Notes under the pieces: model-generated | What the model was told of the DNA's origin: nothing | Database searches by the model: none | What the model saw: the letters and a program-made list of their open reading frames with translations, nothing else | Position numbers and translations under genes: made by a program | NCBI RefSeq assembly: GCF_003918875.1 | Contig: NW_025765670.1 | Span: 992,001 to 1,056,000 of the forward strand | From: Haliotis rubra | Taxonomy: Eukaryota | DNA: 64,000 nt | Direction: 5' to 3' | Shown here: positions 42,472 to 53,417 of the stretch, piece after piece | How the letters are laid out: every line of letters starts with the position of its first letter | Position numbering within the stretch: the first letter of the stretch is position 1

Positions 42472-42645
42472 AGTGAGTGAGTTAATTTTACACCGCTTTA
42501 AGCAATATTTCAGCGATATCATAGCAGCGATAGCATGTGCAGAGGACACCCGGAGAAATGGGTTTCACACTTCGTACCGACGTGGTGAATCGAATCAGGC
42601 CGTAATGAGGAGACAATTTAACCACTAGGCTATCCCAACGCCCCA
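42472..42645 (-). mobile_element. SINE family A, diverged
   Basis: Degenerate reverse-complement match to family A from tail to head. Confidence 0.8.
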
Positions 42646-42680
42646 GTGGATAAAGACACAAACTGTCTTCTTGATAGGTG

Positions 42681-42843
42681 GACGGTGGGGTAGCCTAATG
42701 GTTAAAGCGTTCGCTCGTTACACTGAAGACCCGGTTTGATTCTCTACATGGGTACAATGTGTGAAGCCAATTCTGGTGTCCCTGCCGAGGTATTGCTGGA
42801 ATATTGCTAAAAGCGGTGTAGAACTAAACTCACTCACTCTCTC
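42681..42843 (+). mobile_element. SINE family A
   Basis: Family A sequence. TSD cttgataggtg (42670-42680, 42844-42854). Confidence 0.88.
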
Positions 42844-43597
42844 CTTGATAGGTGAGCTACAAGACGACCTGCAGTTGAGGGGATGAGTGAGCAGACTACC
42901 GATGCATCGACAAGTGTCAGATCTGACCACAGGAGACCATGGACACAGATGACTCATCAGTCATCTGTCGCTGCCACCAAACACCAAGAGAGAAGTCCCG
43001 CACAAATTAAAACAAAATTAAATCAGTCATTGGGCGCCAAGTTTTGTTGCGCTTAGTTGAATGACATTTTGCAAAACTTTTTCTCATTTTCTTTCGGTGC
43101 CATCACTTTGTGACAAAGGTGACAAAAAGTCAGGAAACTGTGTCAAAAGGAAAAGAAAGGATTACGATTCCCAGTTTTCATGCATCTCATTCTTGACTAG
43201 CATCTTTTGTAACAAATGCAGCTTTTAGTAGAGAATGAGTTTGGTTTTAAGCAGCTCTTCCCAACAATCTAGCCTCAATAGCAAGAACTGCTTTTACATG
43301 CAAGATGATTGTTTGTTAAAAGGTTATTCTTCCAGATTTTAACTTTTCTCTCTCTGTAATGGACTTGTGACCAAGTTTTAAGTGTGAGATGTAGAAATAA
43401 AAATTTCAAGTTTAAGTATTGTGCCAAATTCCCTAATTCCACACATCTTAAATGGGAATTGAACAAAGTAGTTCAGTAATCAATACAAAATCATAAAAAA
43501 AAGATTTTTCCTTCAATTCCTCTCTTGGTCCTAATTGAATTGTATGGTTTTTCTTTGATTCTCTGAATGGACCTACCTCTGGTGAGCCTGAAGACTT

Positions 43598-43640
43598 GCA
43601 GCAGCAGCAGCAGCAGGAGCAGCAGCAATAGCAACAGCAC
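43598..43640. repeat. Imperfect (CAG)n repeat
   Basis: Seen directly. Confidence 0.85.
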
Positions 43641-45521
43641 CAGAGCCAACCTGCTGCTTCTACACAATCACCAGATAAAATACTGGTGACAAGGTCCTCC
43701 AAATTTATAGAAATGTCTTTTAATGATATTCAAGAGATATCTGAGATGAGGGAATCATGGACAGCTTAAGAAATCCAGAGATTGATTTTTGACACGAGGA
43801 GGGTCTGTGGACAATGGCCAGGGTGGAATGTCAACGGACACATGGGACTGTGACACATGCATGTGTTGGTAGATGATCATGTGACGAGCGTCCAAGTGAG
43901 GACACTATGAACATGCATGACTCACAGACTTGACTGACCAATAAAGACCACACTGGAAGAACAAACAGCTTCCTTTCTAATTTCACCAGGGAATCTAATT
44001 ATGAGATCTGTCCAACCTTTTTTCAGATTACTTCTGCAAGTGCTAATTTTAACATTCCCACACCAATTTGTTGAACAGTCAGTTGTTGAGCCAGTGAAAC
44101 TGTTGGATTATGAGGGAAACAAAAAGCAATTAGTTCATGATGAGGGTGGGGTCTGCAAAGGATACCATTATCCCCTAGACAACACTTGCACTGGCATACC
44201 ATCCTACCAGTGACAAGACTGAACGCTGCAAGGCAACAATAATAAGTCAAAACTCTTATCACAGTCTGTGACTTTAGACTTTAATTAAAATAAACACCGA
44301 GTTTGTAAATATTCCATGTTGGTCTTGTAAGCTCAGCTGAAAATAGTCCACAATGTGATAGTAAATTCTACTGAAAATGAAGCAGATTGCCAAGATTGGA
44401 CCAGTAGTCTCAAACGTTTTTTTTATATCAGTAGAACAGGTGTAGCAAAGTGGCCATCTTACAAGCAAAATGAAACACTAGAAAAAAGTCCTAAAAAATA
44501 AGACAACATCATTTGCTTTGTAGAATAATGGCCAAAAATTTCCATAATAAGAATTCTACTTAAATAAGTATTCCTTGTACAATTTGGACTATATCAAAAG
44601 CAAGCCTGTTTGAATCATGAATGTTCCGAAATGCTGCAAGGAATCAATGGTTCAACCCTGTGCTGCCCACGCTAGATGATATCCCACAGAAAGGGTGGCT
44701 CTCATGCCCAGCCAGCATTGGACTATTTAAAAACTTTCACCAGACAATCAATACAGATTCCTGCATCACAACTGGCAATCAACAGCTAGCCTCCCAGAGT
44801 TACCTCCCTTGGCACATAGTTATTCCCATCCATGACAGGCATCAATCTAACTAAACCCAATAACCCTTCAGTCAAGAAAAACGAGGATACCAAGGTTTAC
44901 CGCTTCAACACATTCAAATTTTGACCTATGAAAAGACGCTGACAGGAAATTACTACACTTTTAAATCATTTTCATGAATGTTGTCTCCTGAAGCCCTGTT
45001 GCAACTTTCAAGGTTACACACCTGTCAGATGATAAACATCGTATCTTGCCGTGAGATGTATATGAAACATTATCTGTACACTCTCTACATTTATATTTCT
45101 GGCGCAGGAAAAAAACCTGATATGTGAGGAGGCGTTTCTATGAAATCCGCAAACATAAAGATTTTTCAATGGAATGGTGAATTCAGATTTTGACAAATTA
45201 CCTGCTTTCTTCTTACTGAGTCTGTTAAAGATCACATATACTCTAGGGGGTACAAATACATAAATCATTTATTGGCATCGTTATAAATGAAACCCGTCAT
45301 CAAAACTACTCATTTTGACAGTTACGTAACCTGTCTGGGGTTTCCTTGGCAGGCTAGAGTGAAGCGAAGACTTTTGGGCAACTTTTAATCGCTCGGTATT
45401 AATTAACCACTAGTTTTTTAAGCATGAATTTGGCATTCCACTTAAGACTAACCACAACTATTCATATGTAATGGTTAAAAGAGTACAAAAAACAAAAGTT
45501 TGTTTGTTCTTTAACAAATGT

Positions 45522-45795
45522 GAGTGAGTGAGTGAGTTGAGTTTTACGCCGCACTCAGCAATATTCCAGCTATATGGCGGCGGTCTGTAAATAATCGAGT
45601 CTGGACCAGACAACCAAGTGATCAACAGCATGAGCATCGATCTGCGCAATGGGGAACCGATGACATGTGTCAACCAAGTCAGCGAGCCTGACCACCCGAT
45701 CCTGTTAGTCGCCTTTTACGACAAGCATAGTCGCCTTTTATAGCAAGCATGGGTTGCTGAAGGGCTATTCTAATAGACCCGGACCTTCACGGGTC
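45522..45795 (-). mobile_element. SINE family B (V-domain-like), full length
   Basis: 5' GACCCGTGAAGG..., core ATGCTTGTCGTAAAAGGCGACTAA resembling the V-SINE conserved domain, 3' GCTGGAATATTGCTGAGTGCGGCGTAAAAC(ACTC)n. 13-bp TSD ctttaacaaatgt (45509-45521, 45796-45808). Confidence 0.88.
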
Positions 45796-46234
45796 CTTTA
45801 ACAAATGTAAAACATTCTTCAAAGCAGGTCTAAAATATTCCACTACCCTTTCTGATGATTTGACAACAATTATAACTCAAACTACCATATGATTGTATTG
45901 ACTCTGATAAATTCAAATATTTCAATGATTCCATTTCGACATGGGCATTTATTACGTCAAATACAGTATTCCTGTTTCTATCTGCACTACTGAGACCAAT
46001 TAACCCAGCCAAACTACATAGTATCCCATATCTCTCCACCACAGATACACTGGTCCCCAGCGTGCCAGTCTGGTGAATGGCCACATGCTTGTCTTGATTG
46101 TTTCCTACTTGAAACACCATGAACCAGTTGAACACTTGATTGTGATTGTATTACAGTGTGTTTATGGTAAAGTAGTTCTTACACGTATCACCCATGTGAA
46201 CATGGTGATAAACACGCAATATTTTAAACCTTAA

Positions 46235-46422
46235 TGAGTGAGTGAGTGGTATGAAGAGTGAATGAATGACTATATGTGTGAGTGAGTGACTGCATGTGTG
46301 AGTGACTGCAAGTGTGAGTGGAATGAGTAGTGAGTGACTGCATGTGTGAGTGAGTGACTGCATGTGTGAGTGGAATGAGTAGTGAGTGACTGCATGTGTG
46401 AGTGGAGTGAGTAAGTGAGCGA
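46235..46422. repeat. Compound (GAGT)/tgactgcatgtgtgag satellite
   Basis: Repeated gagtgactgcatgtgtgagtg units next to a SINE A tail. Confidence 0.85.
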
Positions 46423-46440
46423 GAATTCTAGATTTAATAG

Positions 46441-46588
46441 AGTGAGTGAGGAGTGAGTTGTGTTTTACGCCACTTTTAGCAATATTCCAGCAATATCCCG
46501 GCGGGGGACACCAGAAATGGGCTTCACACAGTGTACCCATGTGGGGAATCTAACCCAGGTCTTCCGTGTGACAAGCAAATGCCTAACA
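46441..46588 (-). mobile_element. SINE family A
   Basis: Tail, body and partial head. Confidence 0.85.
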
Positions 46589-46615
46589 CCAAAAACAACA
46601 AAGCATAGGACTTAC

Positions 46616-46647
46616 CATGTCAAACCAGGCCTTTGAACCCACTGCAT
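46616..46647 (-). CDS. Candidate first coding exon (MQWVQRPGLT-C)
   Basis: AAAATG context, 10 codons + 2 nt, donor TG|GTAAGT, phase 2. It lies between two SINEs, which weakens the case. Confidence 0.2.
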
Positions 46648-46826
46648 TTTGTAATACTGCACGGCAAATGTTGCGAATGTTTCACAGAAATATTGACGTT
46701 ATGTTTCACAGAAATATTGAAGTTAACACAACAAGCATTTCATATTCAAATGAAACATCAGTTTCTTAGGGAAAATGAAACAGGCACCCCAAAAACAACA
46801 TAACCATGTACATAAAAACAAGTCTC

Positions 46827-47030
46827 TTGCTTGTCATAAGAGGTGACTAACGGGATCGGGTGGTCAGGCTCACTGACTTGGTTGACACATGTCACCATAT
46901 CCCAATTGTGTACATCGATGCTCAGGATGTTGATCACTGGAATGTCTGGTCCAGACTCGATTATTTACAGACTGCCGCCATATAGCTGGAATATTGCTGA
47001 GTGTGGCGTAAAAACTAAACTCACTCACTC
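46827..47030 (+). mobile_element. SINE family B, 5'-truncated
   Basis: tgcttgtcataagaggtgactaacgggatcggg...gctggaatattgctgagtgtggcgtaaaa...actcactc. Confidence 0.85.
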
Positions 47031-47067
47031 TTATGTCCTGCATGCTACTAACCTTGAACTAACACTC

Positions 47068-47240
47068 TAACACTTCTACTCACTTAGTCTTGATCCCCCC
47101 CGTAACACTTCTACTAGCCTTGATCCCCACGTAACACTTCTACTAGCTTTGATCCCCACGTAACACTTCTACTAGCCTTGATCCCCACGTAACACTTCTA
47201 CTAACCTTGATCCCCACGTAACACTTCTAGCCTTGCTCCA
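47068..47240. repeat. 29-bp minisatellite, ~5.5 copies
   Basis: Unit gtaacacttctactagccttgatccccac. Confidence 0.9.
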
Positions 47241-47436
47241 AGGCTGTACAGAATGATAAGCCCATGGATGTATAGTAATTCTATCCTTTAAAGAGGCAAA
47301 TCTAGATAAGCAGACAGGACATCTAAGGACGTCAGTCTGTTAGAGGGGCAATGTGTTCTTTAATTAATATTTAGAAATCATCATTTAAAATATTAATTAT
47401 TACCTTTGAAACTTGTGCAAGTCTACACTTCCATGT

Positions 47437-47773
47437 GAAGTGAAATGGGGTTTAACGTCATAATTTAAATTATTTCACTCATATGCTGTGCATGCGTGGG
47501 TATGTGCGGCTGCTTGTACTAGCCCAGACTTAAGCTGGTTTTATTGTGTTAGCTCACTTAGATACCATGCCGCAGTGAAGCATGAATGCCCCACTCAGAC
47601 ACATTACACTGACTCCGACCCGACCAGTCCTTGTACCCATTAGTGCCGAGCGCCAGGCAGGGACCAACAAGTACCATATTTTAACGTCTTTTGGTATGAC
47701 GCAGCTGGGGATCGAACCTGCAACCTTTCACTCTCCGGTCGGACGCTCTAACCACTACACCACGGAGGCGGTC
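47437..47773 (-). mobile_element. tRNA-derived SINE family C (Meta-domain-like), full length
   Basis: Head GGTGTAGTGGTTAGAGCG...GGTTCGATCCCC, then AAAATATGGTACTTGTTGGTCCCTGCCTGGCGCTCGGCA, which resembles the Meta central domain. Second close copy at 60609-60931. Confidence 0.82.
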
Positions 47774-47905
47774 GATGATGATGATGATGATGATGATGAT
47801 GATAGGTTGATTTCATGTTGATTTGTCTCGCATTTACCTGTATTTGTTAGATGGGTGAGTTATAAATGACTTACTTACTCTGCAATTGTGCAGATGTTCA
47901 TATGA
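47774..47905 (-). mobile_element. Second copy of the (ATC)n-tailed retroelement 3' end
   Basis: Reverse complement of 10922-11064. Confidence 0.65.
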
Positions 47906-49361
47906 ACTCTCCGGGCGGATGCTCTAACCACTACACCAGGCGGTACACTTCTATGTCAGTCTATACATGTGGACCAGTTTCACTTCACTATTGCTCAGTT
48001 ACAAGTTTGTTACATTATTCCTAATTCGCCCCAAACTTCCTTCCTCGGCAGTGTTAACACTGACACGGGCCAGCTAAAGATAAAGTGACACTCTTGTAAA
48101 ACTACGTCGGAAACAATTTAGTTGGAGGTTATCTTGACATTGTATTAATAGCTGCTGTTGACGAGTGACAAAATGTCTTGCCCAAAGTGCCTACAAAAAC
48201 TTAACATCATCATTATCTAACTCTGATATCATTTGACATGCTCATTTATCATAATCACAAAACATAAGGGTATCATGTCATGTGCATTAACGCTATCATT
48301 TACATATGACTTCATGAAACAGAAAGTGAATTTATCATTTTCTTTTTCTTATGACTTTAAAAGTAAAAAAACAACTTCAAGAATTAATAAGAGAATTTTA
48401 AATATTTGAAACTTCTTACATAATTTTGGTCACATGAAAATGTCGTAATGACTATTTCTGAATGATTTTACAAGGTTGATGGGTAAGTACTGATTTAAGA
48501 AATGGTGCAATGTCCAAATTTAATATTCATCATTTCCTCTAGAACAATCAGCTATAGATATGACACATGGAAATCTACTAGAATCACGAGAACATTGCAA
48601 ATCTTGGTCATCAATCCTGAACATGAATTCTGGGAAAAACTACTCCAGCCACATCACATAAGCATTGTGAGAAGTCACTTTGAAGTAAGAAATCCAAGAA
48701 AGTAGAGTTGAAGGAGATCAATGATCTCAAGAATATACTAATCAGCTCTCTCTTAACTACCAGCTGGCCCCGGAGTAAGGCGAGATTACTTCAGTGGAAC
48801 ACGTGCACAGTGCACTTGCGTCATGGTCCCGTCACTCCTGTCTTTATCTCGCCGATATCTACATGACACACCAGCAACAGAACCAGGATCTACATGCACT
48901 GTTACATAAACAATGTCATAAAACAGGATGTCCATCAACTGGGTTTTAATCCTGTTTTCAAATAATAATGACATTCGTCACTGAAAGGTCGGTTAAAAAT
49001 ATCACTGACTAAATGTCATAAAATCTCTCAACTTCTTTCTTATGGATCTGGTTCTGTGATCTTTTCCATGGGAGTAGGGTTTGACATCACTTTTGAAAAT
49101 ATAAAACCATTTTGTTGACTTATATGATCCATCAACATGTACAACAAGACCATCAGCATAAAGCCATTTTGTTTTGGAGATACTAAAATTGGGCAAACTC
49201 TACCTTTGTGGGAATAGAAGCATTTGGCTACCATGATATCCAAATGCCCCTCTTCAGAAATGATTAAATAAATGATCAGTTTTGTGACTGATATTGTGAG
49301 CATTGATCCATCCCATCGGTATACACTGACACTATCAAAAACAAGGCAACAAGTCTGATCC

Positions 49362-49853
49362 CAGAGGCCCAGATAAGCTGCGTATCCGGGTAAAATATGC
49401 ATAGAAAATTTCCAATAACGCATTGAAAATTAATTGTTGCGTACCAATTACGCATTTAAAATGTTAGATACGCAAAAAGTTTAAAACAAATGCGTATGGA
49501 ATATATTTATAAAAATCGCTTGCATAATGAAAAAGACATTGATTGCTATCAAGTTGTACTGTTAGTATAGGACAAGTGTTGTACTGTCAGTATAGGAAAA
49601 GTGATTTTTTATGAAATCATTTCCATTATATTTAAGTTGGTTTTGATTAGGTATGACATAAGGCAGAACATACCTGCTTAGTAAATTTACCCAATGACAT
49701 AATACTTAGGTGAGTAAAATGACTGAAATACGTACATATTTGAAAGCAGTGGGTAACTGAAAATGAAATACCCACTCAACATTCATAATACCCACTCCAA
49801 AAAAATAAAGTGGGTACAGTACCCACATGAGCTAACTCTTATCTGGAGCTCTG
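49362..49853. mobile_element. Non-autonomous DNA transposon with 16-bp TIR and 6-bp TSD
   Basis: TIRs CAGAGGCCCAGATAAG / CTTATCTGGAGCTCTG (14/16). TGATCC on both flanks. Subterminal TGCGTA (left) and TACCCA (right) repeats. Confidence 0.8.
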
Positions 49854-52098
49854 TGATCCAATTGTTCACCATTTACGATCAGCAAAGACATTTGCCGTGA
49901 TCTATCACACACAAAAACCCAAAAGTAAACCATCCTCAGATGTCATGATAAACAAGCCAAACAGCAAAGGTGAACAATTTCAATGAATGTTAGATGTTTT
50001 GTCTCTAAACTCCAAGAGAAGCAAATAACTCTAGATAGGAGCTGAAGTCAGACCCTGTGGAAACTATAGACTTGCTTCATTTACAGCATCTTCATTTACG
50101 GCAGTGCTGGGCAGACGGGAAACTATAAGGTTCAGGACTGTGAGACAGACAAGTGAGTGTGTAAGCAAGAAGTGATTTCATCAATAAAAGAGTTTGTCCT
50201 CAACAGTCAGTTTCATAAACAGTCATCGACTAATGTTCCGGAATGTTTGCGTAACATTACTTACATAGAATGGTGAAGTGTCAATACATCCAGATCACCT
50301 GACAACTGCTCCCCACAACGGTCAGCCCAGGGACCTACTGACCAACACTAACAGCGTCATGGCATCAGAAAGGCCGATCCTCCACATCCAAGCCAACAAA
50401 GATACATAGTGAGTGGAATATTGACACAACAAATGGATTAAGCTAATCCACTGAAGTGACCTTGACCTGGTATGTGAGAGACTGACAACCGACAAACCAT
50501 CACCATCACTGGTTACACGTTTACATTTAGGTCCCTGTCGACTCGCTGTTGACTTATTCGATATAATCAATGAAATGTTATTAAGAAGACAAGTAAATGA
50601 AGAGGGACATCACAGACAAAACAATTCTGTGTGTTGTAAGAAGGAGAATGGAAATGGATAACTTATGTCACACAGGGACTTCATTACAATACCCCTAAAG
50701 CTGGTCCCCTACAGTTGTTGTATACATATCCATCATGAGGGCCCATCAGTTGTAGTTACTGGCCCTGACCATGGTACCTGAACAAAACATACATAAACCG
50801 AACTCTGCAAAACTCTACCTGTATCAGCTTGCGTAATACAGAAAATAATGTTTACCAAAAACAATCTATAAGACAGCAGCTTGTATATAATCAAGTTTGG
50901 ACCAGGCAATCCAGTGAATGATACTGAGAGGATCGAGCCATCAGGGAACTAAGACATGCAATCAACCAAGTCACACAGCTAGACCTTCCAATCCATTATC
51001 GAGCTTTGTGGACCAATTCTACCCCTGCATCCCCACAAGTGGCAAAGAAGAGTTGGTGCAAGTAAACCACCTTGATTTGCTGCATCGGGTTCGAACCCAG
51101 TCAGAATCAATGCAGAAACACAATGACACATTTACCCAGTCAGTCTGGAGTCATTTACCCTGGAGATAATCATCCATTACCTCACAAGCATAGAAAGAGG
51201 TTCCCATTATGAAGTCCTGCCATTTCATCACATATATGTTGATGTGTAGGAAGACAAGCATTTGGTTAGAAACAAAACATTCGTAAATTAACTGAAAAAT
51301 AAAAATCCTTCTACTTCTAAAATAAATAAAAATCATAAATAATATTGCATTAAAAACTAATATTATATAAGGTGACATTATATTAAAACAGATTAAAACC
51401 CTTAGTACCTGCTTAACACTGTAGCCTGTTACAGATTTGAAACACATACCTATTAAGTAACGGGCCTATATAGGCTGTTCATCTTACTGACCTACTGCCT
51501 GATATATGTAGTAACTCTCACCTTAACCATCCAGTTCAGTGACAATTCATCCCTTACAATCAACACATCAAACACACAACATCAGTGCAATGTCTATCTC
51601 TCCAGAACATGAGTTTGTACCTACGCTCAACAAGAGCTTCCAACTATTTGAAATAATGGCATTTTTGAACATTTGGCGGTAACTGCCAGTCACTTCCTAT
51701 GATATCATCGAGGTGCTGTTTGCTGTGGAGTTGGGGCAAGCTGAGAGGGCATGAGTTGGGCCACGTAATAGCTCCATCGCAAAACAACAGGAACTCTCTT
51801 AACAAGCGCCATGCCACTTTCTCAATACTCAATGTCCTAACCCACGCACATTTTTAACTTTTGCAGTATTGACCAATTAAAACGCAAGTTATAAGGCAAG
51901 GAAATTTAAGAAAGGAAATTTAAGGTGGGAAATATGGGAACATATGGATATTAACGCCCAACTGCCTAAAAAAGAATTATGGAGAATTCTTTTTGTAAAA
52001 TTTTCACGGAAGGTGCAACATTTCAGAAAAAAAATACTTTTTAATTTGACACTGATTGTGTTAAAGTTTGAATGTAATTAAAAGAAAAAAATTCTTAC

Positions 52099-52178
52099 CG
52101 TTTCTTAAACCTTGCTATTTTGAAGAATAGTAGACTGCAACAATCTTCAGATGTAGATGCAAAAACAGCTTGGTTCAT
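52099..52178 (-). CDS. Candidate alternative first coding exon of IQSEC (MNQAVFASTSEDCCSLLFFKIARFKK-R)
   Basis: ATG at 52178, 26 open codons + 2 nt, then donor CG|GTAAGA. Phase 2 matches the acceptor at 4152. Confidence 0.5.
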
Positions 52179-53277
52179 TAACAGATCAGAGGTTTAAGTC
52201 ATATCACTCGCAGTACCTCGAATCCAGAGTCACACTTAAACAACCTGTGTCAGCAAAACTGCCAATAAGCAAATATCCACAGACAGATGGTGGCATTTGT
52301 CTGAAATAGTTTTGTCTTAAAAACACAATTGTAGTTCAAAACGTTACGAGTCCAAAGTCCTTCAAATTTTTCTCCACCGTTTCCAAAGCATTCTATTACG
52401 CCTGTTTTCAATATGTGAGCCCAGTGTAGGAGACTTGAAGACGTATTTTCCCACTTGCATCACCCACATACACTGCCCACATTGAATCAGCACGATTTTT
52501 CTAAGACATGTCCAAAACTTCATTATACTGCGACTTCAGCGAATCCACATAACAGAGAGCCATTTCCTAAGGAACAATTGCCATGAACAAGAAATCATTT
52601 AAAATGAAAAATAATATGACGACACATCAGGTTTTAATAAAACAATGACCTAAATTCCAAATGTCATATGCGCGTTATACAGAGGCATATACATTCAAGG
52701 TATCGGCAACATCTGTCAATAATAGAACTTCAGATATCGATTATCATTATTAACGTAATATTGTTCGACTTTGTATTAAAATAAGGTTTTCTAAAGTGCA
52801 ACAATTTGTCTCTGTTCTAAACAGTCTGGCTGTCTCCAGTGAAATCAATATGAGCTGAAAGATTTTATGTTGCTTTTGTGAACTACAAGTAGGAGGACTT
52901 CACGACCTGGTGTTTATGTAACTGGATCAAAGAATCTAAAAGAAGTTAACATTTATGGAACATAATTTAGAAACTGCAAGTTGTTGATCAACATGTGGGC
53001 GCTATTTGATCTCTAGAGCTGATGAAACAAGAACTGGTTCTGTAAACCATGTCACGGATCAAAACACGCTTGTTCATATTTACAGTTGTAACTATCAGCT
53101 TTACAATTCGGGACAACCGTCCAATGTTACTTTATTGGTATTTCGGTTAGATCACTGTCAATGTAAGGGTTACAAACTTTCATATTTAACATTGCACTAA
53201 GCAATATTTCAGGCACATGACATGTGCCTGTACATAATCACATCTGGACCACACTATCTAGTGATTGATACTGTGAT

Positions 53278-53417
53278 GAGTGAGTGAGTTTAGTTTTATG
53301 CCGCTTTTAGCAATATTCCAGCAATATCAGGGGTCACCAGAAATGGGCTTCACACATTGTACCCATGTGGGGAATCAAACCCGGATCTTTGGCGTGATGA
53401 GCGAACGCCTTCACCAC
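53278..53417 (-). mobile_element. SINE family A
   Basis: Tail, body and partial head. Confidence 0.85.

Noticed and set aside
43448-43702. Cys-rich (metallothionein-like) ORF
   Set aside because: The poly-Cys comes from the antisense of a (CAG)n microsatellite.
47068-47240. CRISPR-like array
   Set aside because: Contiguous tandem units with no unique spacers, no cas genes and a eukaryotic context. The same applies to 17905-18120.
16670-48974. Further phase-2 ATG..GT hits near 16670, 18880, 40430 and 48790
   Set aside because: Mostly weak donors (GTACTT, GTAATA, GTAATC) or no supporting context. They show the chance background and are not called.
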